The translations under genes and the position numbers were made by a program. Below are positions 37,472-50,651 of a DNA stretch of 64,000 nucleotides, piece by piece. The notes below the pieces were generated by a model that worked only from the letters and a program-made list of their open reading frames with translations, had not been told where the DNA came from and searched no databases. Origin of the DNA: Rubripirellula sp. (GTDB taxonomy: Bacteria; Planctomycetota; Planctomycetia; Pirellulales; Pirellulaceae); the NCBI GenBank assembly GCA_965216875.1, contig OZ244207.1, positions 7,328,001 through 7,392,000 of the forward strand, in the 5' to 3' direction. Positions within the stretch are counted from its first letter, which is position 1; each line of letters begins with the position of its first letter.

Positions 37472-38806
37472 ATGTTTCGCGATTTTGCCCAGCGAATCCA
37501 ACTCGACCGCCCACTCGCATATGCGTTGTCGAGTCGTGTTTGGCAGGCTGCCGCAGGTCCGGTCACGATTGCCTTGGTGATTCGTTGGCTTAGCGAAGAC
37601 GAAACAGGCATCTATTACAACTTGGTTCCGATCATTGGCATCCAAGCCTTTTTCGAACTTGGCTTGTTGAATGTTTTGATCAGCCAAGCCGGGCACGCCA
37701 ACGCAGCCTATAACGCGGCTCGCGATTCGGATGACTCGGACGCGATTGCAGCTGCGTCGTCACGCATGGCCGAATTGATTCGGGCGTCGCATCGTTGGTT
37801 TGGTTTGGCGAGCGTCTTGTTTCTGTTTGCCGCGTGGGTCTACGGTTGGAGTCTGTTTTCCAACAGCGATCTAAATTCGGGCTGGCAAAACCCTCTGCTA
37901 GTGATTGCTCCTCTCGCCGCAGTGACGGTTCTCTTTTCACCGTCGCTTGCGATACTTGAGGGGGCTGGGCAACGGGAACTGATCTACCGTTTTCGGTTTG
38001 TCCAGCTTGTCTGTGGCAGTCTTGCCGTCTGGTTCGCGCTGAGTGTCGGGCTCGGTGTTTGGGCAATGGTTTTTGCGGCGCTTGTCCAGGCATTGTTTGT
38101 GGTTTACTTGGCACTGATTCATCGACGCGATTTTTTTCGGCAATTCCGACGATCGGAAACGTCCGAGCATTTCTCGTGGTGGCACGACGTGATGCCGCTT
38201 CAGTGGCGCGCCGCTGTGATTGGTGCGGCGCATCACTTGGCGACGCAGTTCTTGGCCAACGTTGTCTTGGCGTATCACACCGCTGCCGAATCGGGGCGAC
38301 TGGGGATGACGCTCAGTATCACCATGGCCATCCAGATGCTTGCTCTCGCATGGGCACAGACCAAGTACTCGGTCATCTCGGGGTTGCACGGCCAAGGCGA
38401 GCGTGAACAAGCTGGTACGATGTGGCGCCGGACGGCGGTCGTGTCGACAATCCTTTTGGTCGCTGGTTTTTCAGCGCTGATCGTCGTCATCCTTGGACTT
38501 GGGCTGTTCGAACGAGGCTGGGAAAAGCGATTCGTCGAACCGTGGCACCTGGCAATCCTTGGTGTTGGCTGTCTCGCCAATCATCTGGTCGCGCTTCAGA
38601 GTTTTTACTTGTTGGCTCGAAACGAAAAGCCAATGGTCGCGGCTTCGGTGCCTGGACTGTTGGTGACCGCCGCATGCGTTTGGGTCGGCGGGTATCACTA
38701 CGGCACGTCAGGTGTTGTGGTCGCGTTCGCCGTCGGTTTGGGGTTGATCCTGTTGCCGATGCATACGATTGGCTACCTGCGGCGACGCGCGAACGTCGCC
38801 AGCTGA
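37472..38806 (+). CDS. Wzx-like polysaccharide flippase/export protein
   Basis: About 12 TM helices; LSEDETGIYY, FFELGL, GRLGMTLS. Confidence 0.7.
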   Translation: MFRDFAQRIQLDRPLAYALSSRVWQAAAGPVTIALVIRWLSEDETGIYYNLVPIIGIQAFFELGLLNVLISQAGHANAAYNAARDSDDSDAIAAASSRMAELIRASHRWFGLASVLFLFAAWVYGWSLFSNSDLNSGWQNPLLVIAPLAAVTVLFSPSLAILEGAGQRELIYRFRFVQLVCGSLAVWFALSVGLGVWAMVFAALVQALFVVYLALIHRRDFFRQFRRSETSEHFSWWHDVMPLQWRAAVIGAAHHLATQFLANVVLAYHTAAESGRLGMTLSITMAIQMLALAWAQTKYSVISGLHGQGEREQAGTMWRRTAVVSTILLVAGFSALIVVILGLGLFERGWEKRFVEPWHLAILGVGCLANHLVALQSFYLLARNEKPMVAASVPGLLVTAACVWVGGYHYGTSGVVVAFAVGLGLILLPMHTIGYLRRRANVAS

Positions 38807-38824
38807 AGAAACTCGTGGTTTTGG

Positions 38825-41767
38825 CTATTCCGGTGCCGGTGGCGTGAGAGGGGACGAGATCAGGTAACCGGACCAGAACAGTGGTTCATTTCCGCTTAGA
38901 TCGGGTACGGCCTGGTCGGCTTTGGTCAACAACGGCTCGGCGATCGGATCGAGGTTGGCACTGCGTAAAATCATCCGCGCCCGTTGCCACGATTTGAACA
39001 GTCCACCGAACGGCAGTTCCTGGACAAGTTCTCGCATAGCAAGTGCGGTTGATTCGCCACCGACAGGCCAGCGGCTGAGCATCACGTCACGAACGCCGGC
39101 GCTGTGCAAGCCGCAAAGGGTGACAAACAGTTCTTGTCCCGTTCCAGTTTGGCTGACGTCGACCGGTGTGCGGAAGCCCGGCAGCACGACGGTTCGCGGA
39201 ACGGTGGCCGGAAAACGCGTCCAGCCTGCGATCGTTCCGGCCGGATTGTTTTGGTCGTAGCCAGCAACGCTTGTCGCCAGTAGTGACTTCATGTTCGGTG
39301 TGCGCACGCCGCCAACAACAAGGTGTCCGACTGAATCCCCCAACAGCCCCGTGGGCGTGTCGGAAGATTCGGGCAAACGAACGGGCTCGGCGATCACGTC
39401 CACAATCGACTGGGCAATCACTTCATTCTGGTCGGGATCGCGCGGTGCAAAGAAGGATTCGGTCGCGACGCCAATCGCACGACTTTGCGGCGGCATGGCT
39501 GTCGGATAGAAAGCGAATCCGGGAGTGGGGGCGTAACGAACTCGCATCACGTCACAAATCAGATCAGATTCTTCGCCACCAACCGGCAAGACTTCAAAGG
39601 GCAGGTACCACAGAGCGCCATCGGGAACGACGATCAGTTCATCAATGCGGTCTGACGTGACGGTTGCATCATCGGGCAACAGTTTTCTTCGCAGGGTCAC
39701 CGCAGCCTTGCGCCACGAATCGTTTTCGGGGAGTCGGTTTCCGCGTGGTTTACCGACACCGTAGCTCGAGAGTAACGCGTTGATTTCGCCAGCGAGTCGC
39801 TTTGTCGAGGGGACCTTCCAGGTTGAGGTCCGTCCGTCGACCGAAAACGTTGCGTGCACGCGATTGCCGACTTCGACGAACATCAGCATGGCGGTTCGCG
39901 GCGGGAGTTTTGTCAGGGGCAGCTTTTCGTCAAGCTGCGGTGGCATCGACAGGGGAAGGTGATGCTTGGACAGTGCGACTGCGCAAGCGCCCGCTTCGAG
40001 TTTCTGAGAAGTGATTGCGTTGGGCTGAGCCGCGGCGTTTGCGGCGCCACGAAGTTCTTTGAATTGGGGCGGCGCGGTTTTGCGAAACTCAACCGCCTCT
40101 TTGCTCAGCAGCATTTCTTCCGAACGTGCCAGATGACGCACTTGAGCAATGCGTCCACCCAGCGGGAGACGTTGACGGAACCTTGCGGCAAACAGATCGT
40201 TGGCTCGCTTCAGGACTGCTTCGCCATCACTTTGCGACGCAGCGAGTTGCAAACGCAGGAGCGCAAGCTTTTCGCGGTCGGCCATCACCGAAGCCAAGGC
40301 GTTGACCGCGTCACGACGCCAGACATCGGGTGCTGGGTCGTTGACATAGATCTTCAAAAGATCGTCGCTCGATTTTCCGCCCAGGCTCGTGCCCGTTGCC
40401 GCACGCACCAATTCGATTTGGTAGATCCGTGGCATCGATACAAAGACTTGCCGGCTTCGCGATCGGTTATTGAACGCAAAGTTCTGAATCTGGCTGATCG
40501 CTGCATCGAGTTCGGTGGGAGCGTTGATCCCGACCGAGTTCCCCTTAGCAGCGGCTATACGAGCGGCGACGTAGCTCGCGTAGGTCTCGACGCGCGGCAT
40601 CATTACGTCGCGCCGCGCGGCCAACGTCCTGGCTTGTTCGAGCAAGACGATGGCAGCTTCGATGTTACCGGCAGAGACGGCTGCGTCAGCGCCCGCGACC
40701 AAACAATGAAGTGCTGCGAATCGTGAACGACGATGAATGCCAGCTGCAACTTTGGTCGCTGCTTGTCGTACCAAATCGGCTTGTTCCGGTGTGGTCGCAC
40801 ACCCTGCGGCGATCTGCATCGCCTCGCCCATCCATTCAGGTTGACGTAGCGCTGCCGCCGAGTTGGTCGCAGAAATCGCGAGCGGAACCGCGGTGGCTGG
40901 GTTTTTCGATCCCGCCAGCGCGGAACAGTTCGTCACCATCGCGATCGCGGTGATCGGATGCACGCCTCCGTTGAAGGTCACGGATTGTTGTGCTTCAGCA
41001 ACCGCTTGCTGGTCATCGTGCAGAGCGAAACGGACACTTGAACGCATCGAACCAACGAGCGATCGGACGATTGGCAGATTGGCCCCAGCTGGATACTTGG
41101 TCGCGTCCAACAAGCCAACTGCAAGTGGATCTTGGATGGAGAGCTGACCCAAGATGACGCGCCGCCGGTATGCGGCGATCGCCAACCCACGCATCAATTC
41201 GACGATGTCCATCGGACGCAGGGTGGGTTCTTCGATCGCTCCGCCTCGACGAATGTCATTGGCGTTCACCAATTTGCCTGCGCCATACATGATCTTGTCG
41301 GAGACAGACACACGTTGGATTGCAGCTGCTTCAGGCCAAAGTCCAGCGTCCTGTGGGACGACGCCCGCTTGCAGTGTCTGATCCCAACCTACTTTGGACA
41401 GCCAACCACGATTGCGTATCGCGATCTGAAAAACTTCGTCCACCGCCTGCCGAGCTGCAACGACATTTCCAAGTTGCCAGTAACACTCGGCACGCATCGC
41501 CAGCACAGGGATCGAATCAATCCACCTGCCATTGATGTCGCGTCGAGTCGGCACGCGCTCGAACATGTCGGTCGCGGACTTGAGGTCACCGCTGCGATAA
41601 ATGTCCAAGGCGAGGTAATACGACTGGTGCGGGTAAGTCCCCGGAGGTTCGGTGCCGCCGAGCACACCCTGAGCGGAAACGCCCTGGCACAACAAACCAA
41701 CAAGACATGCCATTCCAATCAAACGCTTTGAGATTGACCGGAAAGCGGTATCGCCATCAAGTTTCAT
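38825..41767 (-). CDS. Exported helical-repeat protein with C-terminal CHAT-like domain
   Basis: Signal peptide; LIVVPDGALWYLPFEVL, AGVRDVMLSRWPV, PLFWSGY. Confidence 0.8.
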   Translation of the reverse strand: MKLDGDTAFRSISKRLIGMACLVGLLCQGVSAQGVLGGTEPPGTYPHQSYYLALDIYRSGDLKSATDMFERVPTRRDINGRWIDSIPVLAMRAECYWQLGNVVAARQAVDEVFQIAIRNRGWLSKVGWDQTLQAGVVPQDAGLWPEAAAIQRVSVSDKIMYGAGKLVNANDIRRGGAIEEPTLRPMDIVELMRGLAIAAYRRRVILGQLSIQDPLAVGLLDATKYPAGANLPIVRSLVGSMRSSVRFALHDDQQAVAEAQQSVTFNGGVHPITAIAMVTNCSALAGSKNPATAVPLAISATNSAAALRQPEWMGEAMQIAAGCATTPEQADLVRQAATKVAAGIHRRSRFAALHCLVAGADAAVSAGNIEAAIVLLEQARTLAARRDVMMPRVETYASYVAARIAAAKGNSVGINAPTELDAAISQIQNFAFNNRSRSRQVFVSMPRIYQIELVRAATGTSLGGKSSDDLLKIYVNDPAPDVWRRDAVNALASVMADREKLALLRLQLAASQSDGEAVLKRANDLFAARFRQRLPLGGRIAQVRHLARSEEMLLSKEAVEFRKTAPPQFKELRGAANAAAQPNAITSQKLEAGACAVALSKHHLPLSMPPQLDEKLPLTKLPPRTAMLMFVEVGNRVHATFSVDGRTSTWKVPSTKRLAGEINALLSSYGVGKPRGNRLPENDSWRKAAVTLRRKLLPDDATVTSDRIDELIVVPDGALWYLPFEVLPVGGEESDLICDVMRVRYAPTPGFAFYPTAMPPQSRAIGVATESFFAPRDPDQNEVIAQSIVDVIAEPVRLPESSDTPTGLLGDSVGHLVVGGVRTPNMKSLLATSVAGYDQNNPAGTIAGWTRFPATVPRTVVLPGFRTPVDVSQTGTGQELFVTLCGLHSAGVRDVMLSRWPVGGESTALAMRELVQELPFGGLFKSWQRARMILRSANLDPIAEPLLTKADQAVPDLSGNEPLFWSGYLISSPLTPPAPE

Positions 41768-41934
41768 AGGTGAGGCCTGAGAAAAGCAAAGAGAGACGCT
41801 TGCAGAAACACAGCAACCGCGCGTTATTACCGACGCGGTGGATCGAAGATCGAAGTCTGCCTGGCACCATATGCCATCCTAAAGTGCGAGCCGATCGGCG
41901 TCGAATGTTTTCTTTTCTGCGGTTGGTGTAAGCC

Positions 41935-41998
41935 GTTTGTAGTCCAGCTTTTTGGGCGGATAGAGAGAAGATTCCGGCCAAAGCTCCGAACTACAAAC
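41935..41998. repeat. REP-like palindrome family B
   Basis: gtttgtagtccagctttttgggcgga...ttccggccaaagctccgaactacaaac imperfect inverted repeat. Confidence 0.7.
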
Positions 41999-42057
41999 TG
42001 GCGTCGAGGACGGGTCTACAATGATGCCAGTCAGAATCCCCCGAACGAGATTGCAGT

Positions 42058-42756
42058 GTGAACGAGTCGGAAGAATCCAGACCAGAGGCTGCCGACTCTG
42101 TGCCGCCAAAGTCTCCACCGCCCAATCCCTTTCAGGCGGATCCGCTGCAGGCCGCTTCCAGCGACGAACGGCCGATCGACGCACCCTTGAATCCCTACGC
42201 GCCCTCGGCGATTGAAGATGACCCGACACTTCAGGCCGAAATGTTGGGAAAAACCCGTTCCGAGGAGCCCGACGCGCCTCTGACACTGACCCGAACCGCG
42301 GTTCGATGGTGTGCGGTTTGCGGCCTAAGTGCCATACCGAGCTTCGTTTTTGGGATGATCGCGACGAGCGGCCAAGTCGCAGGCATGCTGGTCGGCATCG
42401 CGATTTTTGCCGCCGGATACACGCTCCTTGATTTTCGAACGGCCCACTGGTCGGTCCGCAAGCGACGCGACGTTCGCCGCACGCTGAAGATCGCTTATGG
42501 GACGCGAGTCACGATTTCGATCGTCTTTCCGGTTGGCGCCTACCTCGACATGATTTGTGGCATTGGCACGCTGGCGATATCGGAAAGTCTTTTTGGACAA
42601 GGGGTTACATCAATCGACAGCGGGGTGACGACCGCGTTCTTTCCAGCTGTTTTCGCGACGCTGCTGCAGGGTGTGATTCTTAACGTTTTGCTCGCATTCT
42701 ACGCTGGTGTGGTGCATTTGATTCAGCTCGCGATCCTGGCGTTGACCAAGCCTTGA
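42058..42756 (+). CDS. Membrane protein with disordered N-terminus carrying an NPYAP motif
   Basis: GTG start; Pro/acidic N-terminus (PNPF, LNPYAP); about 4 TM helices. Confidence 0.7.
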   Translation: MNESEESRPEAADSVPPKSPPPNPFQADPLQAASSDERPIDAPLNPYAPSAIEDDPTLQAEMLGKTRSEEPDAPLTLTRTAVRWCAVCGLSAIPSFVFGMIATSGQVAGMLVGIAIFAAGYTLLDFRTAHWSVRKRRDVRRTLKIAYGTRVTISIVFPVGAYLDMICGIGTLAISESLFGQGVTSIDSGVTTAFFPAVFATLLQGVILNVLLAFYAGVVHLIQLAILALTKP

Positions 42757-43303
42757 GCAGGCGAGAAATGCCCGAAAAACAATCGCAGTTGACCCATTTT
42801 CCCTAAACACGTAACTTTAGCTACGGGAACGATTTAGGTTCGCTGCACCAGAAAGGTCTGAAACCAAGGAAAAGGTTTCGGGCGTTTCGACGAATAAACC
42901 CCATCGCAATGGAAGCGACACGAGTTGCTTTCACCTAGCCACCAATTGCGCGGCAGGAAGCTGCATCATGTGCCCAGCCGGCATGCACTTCCCGTCTAGC
43001 GTTCGATGGCTTCGTGCCGGGGACGTCAAAGGTGTTGCGCCGCGAACGTCGAAGGTTTGTACCGGGACGACGGTGGCGTAGCGTCGACGATGTCGAGTGC
43101 AATGCGCGGGCAAGGGTGTCGAATCATGTCGTTCCAAACAACCGAGGTGAGCGCGCATCAATTCAACGATGGCGGTCAGACGTAGGCCATCAGCGGTGGG
43201 GACCTTCTGTTCCTCTTTGCGATGGTCGATCGGTTATTAGAAAGCACATCCGAACAACAATCGTGGGCGGTCGCGTTGGCGACCCGGTTTATCAAGCATC
43301 ACC

Positions 43304-47008
<3,705 letters not shown>

Positions 47009-47052
47009 GTCGCTGTTTAGATAACGTCAGCAACCACACGGAAAGGATTCCG

Positions 47053-48375
47053 ATGATTGCCAACCTGATTTACCTTGCCGCTTTGGCGGTCGCATCACCG
47101 TGGATCCTTTTCCGGATGGTGCATCAGGGACGTTATCGACGCGGGCTTTCCGAAAAGTTGTTCGGGCTTTCAAGGAAGCGTGCCCAGGAGATGGTTGGCG
47201 ATAATGCGTGCGTTTGGTTTCACGCCGTCAGTGTGGGCGAAGTCAATCTGTTGCCAAACCTGGTGCGGCGTTTCGAAATCGAAAACCGTGATTGCAATGT
47301 CGTGATCAGCACTTCGACCGACACCGGGTACGACTTGGCGGTCAAGTTCTTTGGTTCCGAACGTGTGTTCTTTTGCCCGCTCGATTTCACCTGGGCCGTG
47401 AATCGAACGCTTGCGAATCTTAAACCAGAACAATTGGTGCTGGCGGAATTGGAACTATGGCCCAATCTGATTCGCCTTGCACGCAAAACCGGTGCCCAAG
47501 TCTTGGTCGCCAACGCGAGATTGAGTGAACGATCGTCACGCGGTTATCAAAGATTCAAAGGCCTAACGGCGCCAATGTTTCGTCGGCTCCATTGGGTTGG
47601 ATGCCAAGACCAAGCCACGGCAGAACGTTTCGTCTCGTGCGGTGCGGCCAAAGAGAACGTCGACCTGACCGGGTCGATCAAGTTTGATGACGCACCGGTG
47701 TCGCGTGACAATGGCGAAGTTCAATCACGCGTTGATTGGGCGGGGATTTCGCCATGGCACCGCGTTTGGGTGTTGGGAAGCAGCGGGCCTGGCGAAGAGA
47801 AGATGGCGATCGATGTCTATCGCAAGCTTCAAGAAAAGCACCCTGAATTAAGACTGGTGATCGTTCCGCGTCATGTGCCTCGTTTTGATGCCGTTGCCGA
47901 GTTGATTCGCAATGAGGGCTTTGAGCCGCACCGTCGCAGCGACGGCGATCCGATAGATGAACAAGCGTGGCATAGCGACACGATCATTTTGGTCGACACG
48001 ATCGGTGAGCTTCGGCATTGGTGGGGCGTCGGACATATCGCCACTGTTGGCGGGAGTTTTGGCAAACGTGGTGGTCAAAACATGTTGGAACCAGCCGGCT
48101 ATGGATTGGCCGTCTCCTTTGGTTCTGACACAAAGAACTTTCGCCAAATCGCCGACCGTTTGCTCGAAGCCGATGCTGCCGTTCGGGTGAACGACATCAC
48201 GGAGTTGCACGGTTTTGTGCACAAGTGTTTGGTCGATATCCCGGCTGCGGACGCACTCGGACGATCGGCGCAACATGTGATCGCCAGCCAACGCGGCGCG
48301 ACTGAAAGAACGGTCAACGCATTGACGCGCGTGCGACACAAGCAAGTTCATCAAGTCGTTCGCAGCGCCGCTTGA
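47053..48375 (+). CDS. waaA: 3-deoxy-D-manno-octulosonic acid (Kdo) transferase
   Basis: GAAAGGA RBS; WFHAVSVGE, PLD, ELELWPN, NARLS.RS, GSIKFD, VPRH, DTIGEL, GGQNMLEPA. Confidence 0.93.
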   Translation: MIANLIYLAALAVASPWILFRMVHQGRYRRGLSEKLFGLSRKRAQEMVGDNACVWFHAVSVGEVNLLPNLVRRFEIENRDCNVVISTSTDTGYDLAVKFFGSERVFFCPLDFTWAVNRTLANLKPEQLVLAELELWPNLIRLARKTGAQVLVANARLSERSSRGYQRFKGLTAPMFRRLHWVGCQDQATAERFVSCGAAKENVDLTGSIKFDDAPVSRDNGEVQSRVDWAGISPWHRVWVLGSSGPGEEKMAIDVYRKLQEKHPELRLVIVPRHVPRFDAVAELIRNEGFEPHRRSDGDPIDEQAWHSDTIILVDTIGELRHWWGVGHIATVGGSFGKRGGQNMLEPAGYGLAVSFGSDTKNFRQIADRLLEADAAVRVNDITELHGFVHKCLVDIPAADALGRSAQHVIASQRGATERTVNALTRVRHKQVHQVVRSAA

Positions 48376-48376
48376 A

Positions 48377-49447
48377 TCAACCAGCCGTGTCCATCAAGTA
48401 TTTCGTTGGGACTTCGAAACTGTCCTCGTAGGGGCGGCTTCCAACGGTTCCGATCACTTCGAACTTGATGTTCTCTGGTGGTACCAACCCGTCGTGGTAG
48501 CGATCGGGTAATTGAGGGACGGGAACGTTGATTTCGGAATGCTGTCCCACGGTATCGACGCCAGAGACCTGAACAAAATCGGAGTCACCGATTTCGTCTT
48601 CTTGGCCGACCTTGTTGCTTGGCGGTGGCGGAATGCGCCAGCGGGTCTCCAAGTCGACTTGACCGTCGAACTTCGAAGGCAGCTGCAAGATTGCATTTTC
48701 AGTGCAGGGGTTGTCCAGGACCAACCTGCCTACCGATGGGTGCTTCTTGAAGCGATAACGCCAACAAAGGTAAACGACTGTCGCTGGAATACAGCCGGCG
48801 ATCGCCGAAAACAAGGCTGTCCATTGGCCGGACATCAGGCTCATCACCGAGGTCGGCCAAACGATCAGGCACAACAGACTGTGGAACAACACCATCACAA
48901 GACAGATGGCGCGGACGGTGCGATTCTCTGAATCGATGGTCACCTTACCCGAAGCGTGCTCTTTGGGATCGCGATGCAGAAAAACAAGCGTGGCGATGGG
49001 TAAGCCGATGCTGCCAAAGGCGACTGCAAAGACGAGTTTGAAAATCATCATGCCGGGCCGAAACGCCAGGTCCAACATGGACTGACTCGGCTCGTCTGGA
49101 TTCACATAACAGTCGATCCCGTCAGGAACACCTTTGGCGGCCGAGATGCGTTGATGAAGGTCCCAGTGATAGGAACCAACATTGTCCGACATCGTGTAGA
49201 TCCCGGCACGCTCGCCGTTAAAGTTCCGTCCTTCGTAGCGATAGGTGTATCGGCACTCGACATGTGCGGTGCCTTCATCTTCGTCCAACTCAACACTTTG
49301 AACGGTTGCTCGCACAACGTCCCAATTGGCCGATCGAAACCAAAGGGAAGCGTCCCAGTAAAGAGCGACGCTCGCACCAACGCCAACCGCGCCGAATGCC
49401 CCGCCAAAGAGTAGCCCAAACAGGTAGAGTCCAAGCTTCGATTTCAA
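48377..49447 (-). CDS. DUF3592-like membrane protein
   Basis: TM, then W..V.ATV, Y.Y.YEG..F, YVNPDEPSQS.L, further TM helices. Confidence 0.7.
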   Translation of the reverse strand: MKSKLGLYLFGLLFGGAFGAVGVGASVALYWDASLWFRSANWDVVRATVQSVELDEDEGTAHVECRYTYRYEGRNFNGERAGIYTMSDNVGSYHWDLHQRISAAKGVPDGIDCYVNPDEPSQSMLDLAFRPGMMIFKLVFAVAFGSIGLPIATLVFLHRDPKEHASGKVTIDSENRTVRAICLVMVLFHSLLCLIVWPTSVMSLMSGQWTALFSAIAGCIPATVVYLCWRYRFKKHPSVGRLVLDNPCTENAILQLPSKFDGQVDLETRWRIPPPPSNKVGQEDEIGDSDFVQVSGVDTVGQHSEINVPVPQLPDRYHDGLVPPENIKFEVIGTVGSRPYEDSFEVPTKYLMDTAG

Positions 49448-49573
49448 AGGAGGGTCTCCAGAGAAAAGATGACAAGTGAGCTTCCCATCGTATACGGGAA
49501 CTCATCCGTCGTGACAGGCGGCGATGGATCGGAATCGAGGCGGGGTGCTGGCCATTTTTTGACCCATTTTTGC

Positions 49574-49602
49574 TGCGTCTTTTCGGCTTCGGTCACGTCT
49601 AT
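49574..49602 (+). promoter_or_regulatory. Candidate ECF-type promoter upstream of the Cys-peptide/sigZ operon
   Basis: TGCGTC-16 nt-CGTCTAT; CGTC -10 core typical of ECF promoters; about 90 nt upstream of the peptide ATG. Confidence 0.4.
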
Positions 49603-49691
49603 GGGGTGAAGGGCCAACGAAGTGACTCTTTTCGGATCTTCCCCTTCTTCACGTTCCAAGCGAATTCCCATCCAAACGAGGAGACTAAATC

Positions 49692-49835
49692 ATGAGCGAT
49701 GACAAGAACCATGAAGCTGCAAAGACGAATCCCAACGAAACGGAGAAGTGCTGCACGCCGTGTTGTTGCTGCTGCTGTTGCTGTTCACAATGCAATGTTC
49801 AGCCGGCACGCACCGACGCTTCCTGTTGCGGGTAA
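49692..49835 (+). CDS. Cys-rich 47-aa peptide, metallothionein-like (not in ORF track)
   Basis: GAGGAG RBS 8 nt before ATG; MSDDKNHEAAKTNPNETEKCCTPCCCCCCCCSQCNVQPARTDASCCG*; stop overlaps the next ATG (TAATG). Confidence 0.75.
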   Translation: MSDDKNHEAAKTNPNETEKCCTPCCCCCCCCSQCNVQPARTDASCCG

Positions 49836-50422
49836 TGATGCGGATGCAATCTAACGACATGACCGAGCAAATCTGGCGTGAGCTGAATCAACGGCTGCGC
49901 CAGTTTGTGCGGTCGCGTGTCGATTCGGAATCGGATGTCGATGACATCTTGCAAACGGTTTTTCTGCGGATCCATACGCAGCTGGGCACTTTGCGCGATG
50001 CTGATCGGCTTGAGTCGTGGGTGTTTCAGATCGCCCGCAATGCTGTGGTGGACCACTATCGCGCGCATCGGCCAACTGAAAGTGAGGTTGATTCGATCAT
50101 CGAGCCTCGTAAAGACGACGATGTTGCCGGAGAACTCGCGGGTTGTCTGTCGGCGATGATTCAACGACTGCCGCAGGATCAGCGCCGTGCCGTATCGCTT
50201 TATGAACTCGAGGGGATTTCACAAAAAGAGATTGCTGCTCACGAATCGATTTCACTCTCCGGCGCCAAGTCGCGGATTCAGCGGGGCCGCAAGTCACTTG
50301 AAACGATGATGAAAGCTTGCTGTGAGTTTCAATTCGATGTTCGCGGGAAGGTCATCGACTACGGCGCTGCCGATTCGGATTGTTGCGAAGGGACGTGTGC
50401 CGTTCGTAGTACCGAGCTTTAG
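49835..50422 (+). CDS. sigZ: SigZ-like ECF sigma factor with Cys-rich C-terminal extension
   Basis: DDILQTVFLRIH, SWVFQIARN..DHYR, LAGCL, SLSGAKSRIQRGR, ACC...D.RG.VID, DCCEGTC; alternative starts at 49838-49859. Confidence 0.85.
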   Translation: MMRMQSNDMTEQIWRELNQRLRQFVRSRVDSESDVDDILQTVFLRIHTQLGTLRDADRLESWVFQIARNAVVDHYRAHRPTESEVDSIIEPRKDDDVAGELAGCLSAMIQRLPQDQRRAVSLYELEGISQKEIAAHESISLSGAKSRIQRGRKSLETMMKACCEFQFDVRGKVIDYGAADSDCCEGTCAVRSTEL

Positions 50423-50464
50423 CCGGTATCTGCTCACAAACCGCCTGAAGGCTGGACTACGAAC
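50402..50464. repeat. REP-like palindrome family B overlapping the sigZ 3' end
   Basis: gttcgtagtaccgagctttagccgg...ccgcctgaaggctggactacgaac. Confidence 0.8.
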
Positions 50465-50480
50465 CGCCTTGCCACGCTTC

Positions 50481-50556
50481 GTAGCTAGCTACGCTCGCCA
50501 GAGCGTGGTGGAAAGCGGTCTACCAATGAAAACCACCTTCTGGCGAAGGTAGCTAC
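50481..50556. repeat. GTAG-type REP doublet (family A), copy 3, inverted relative to copies 1-2
   Basis: tagctacgctcgccagagcgtgg...ccaccttctggcgaaggtagctac. Confidence 0.85.
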
Positions 50557-50569
50557 GGGCCGTGATGAT

Positions 50570-50651
50570 TGAGCCGTAATCGCGTAAGCGGACGGGCTTT
50601 GTTCTTTTTAATCGCCGTTTCGAAGGGCCCGACGCTTGCGTGTACGGCTCA
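50570..50651. repeat. Imperfect long inverted repeat (REP-like family C, single copy here)
   Basis: tgagccgta..cgcgtaagcg..cgggc ... gcccg.cgcttgcg..tacggctca. Confidence 0.55.

Noticed and set aside
42757..43303. Long secA leader as a SecM-like arrest peptide or riboswitch
   Set aside because: Only short ORFs without signal peptide or a recognisable arrest motif; no riboswitch consensus recognised by eye
49444..49671. 75-aa minus-strand ORF overlapping the DUF3592 start by 4 nt
   Set aside because: No recognisable motif, and it covers the likely divergent promoter region; not excluded but unsupported
49748..49834. ORF-track N-terminal extension of sigZ (MLHAVLLLLLLLF...) resembling a signal peptide
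   Set aside because: It is an alternative-frame reading of the poly-Cys codons; a sigma factor should not have a signal peptide, and the RBS supports the 49692 peptide
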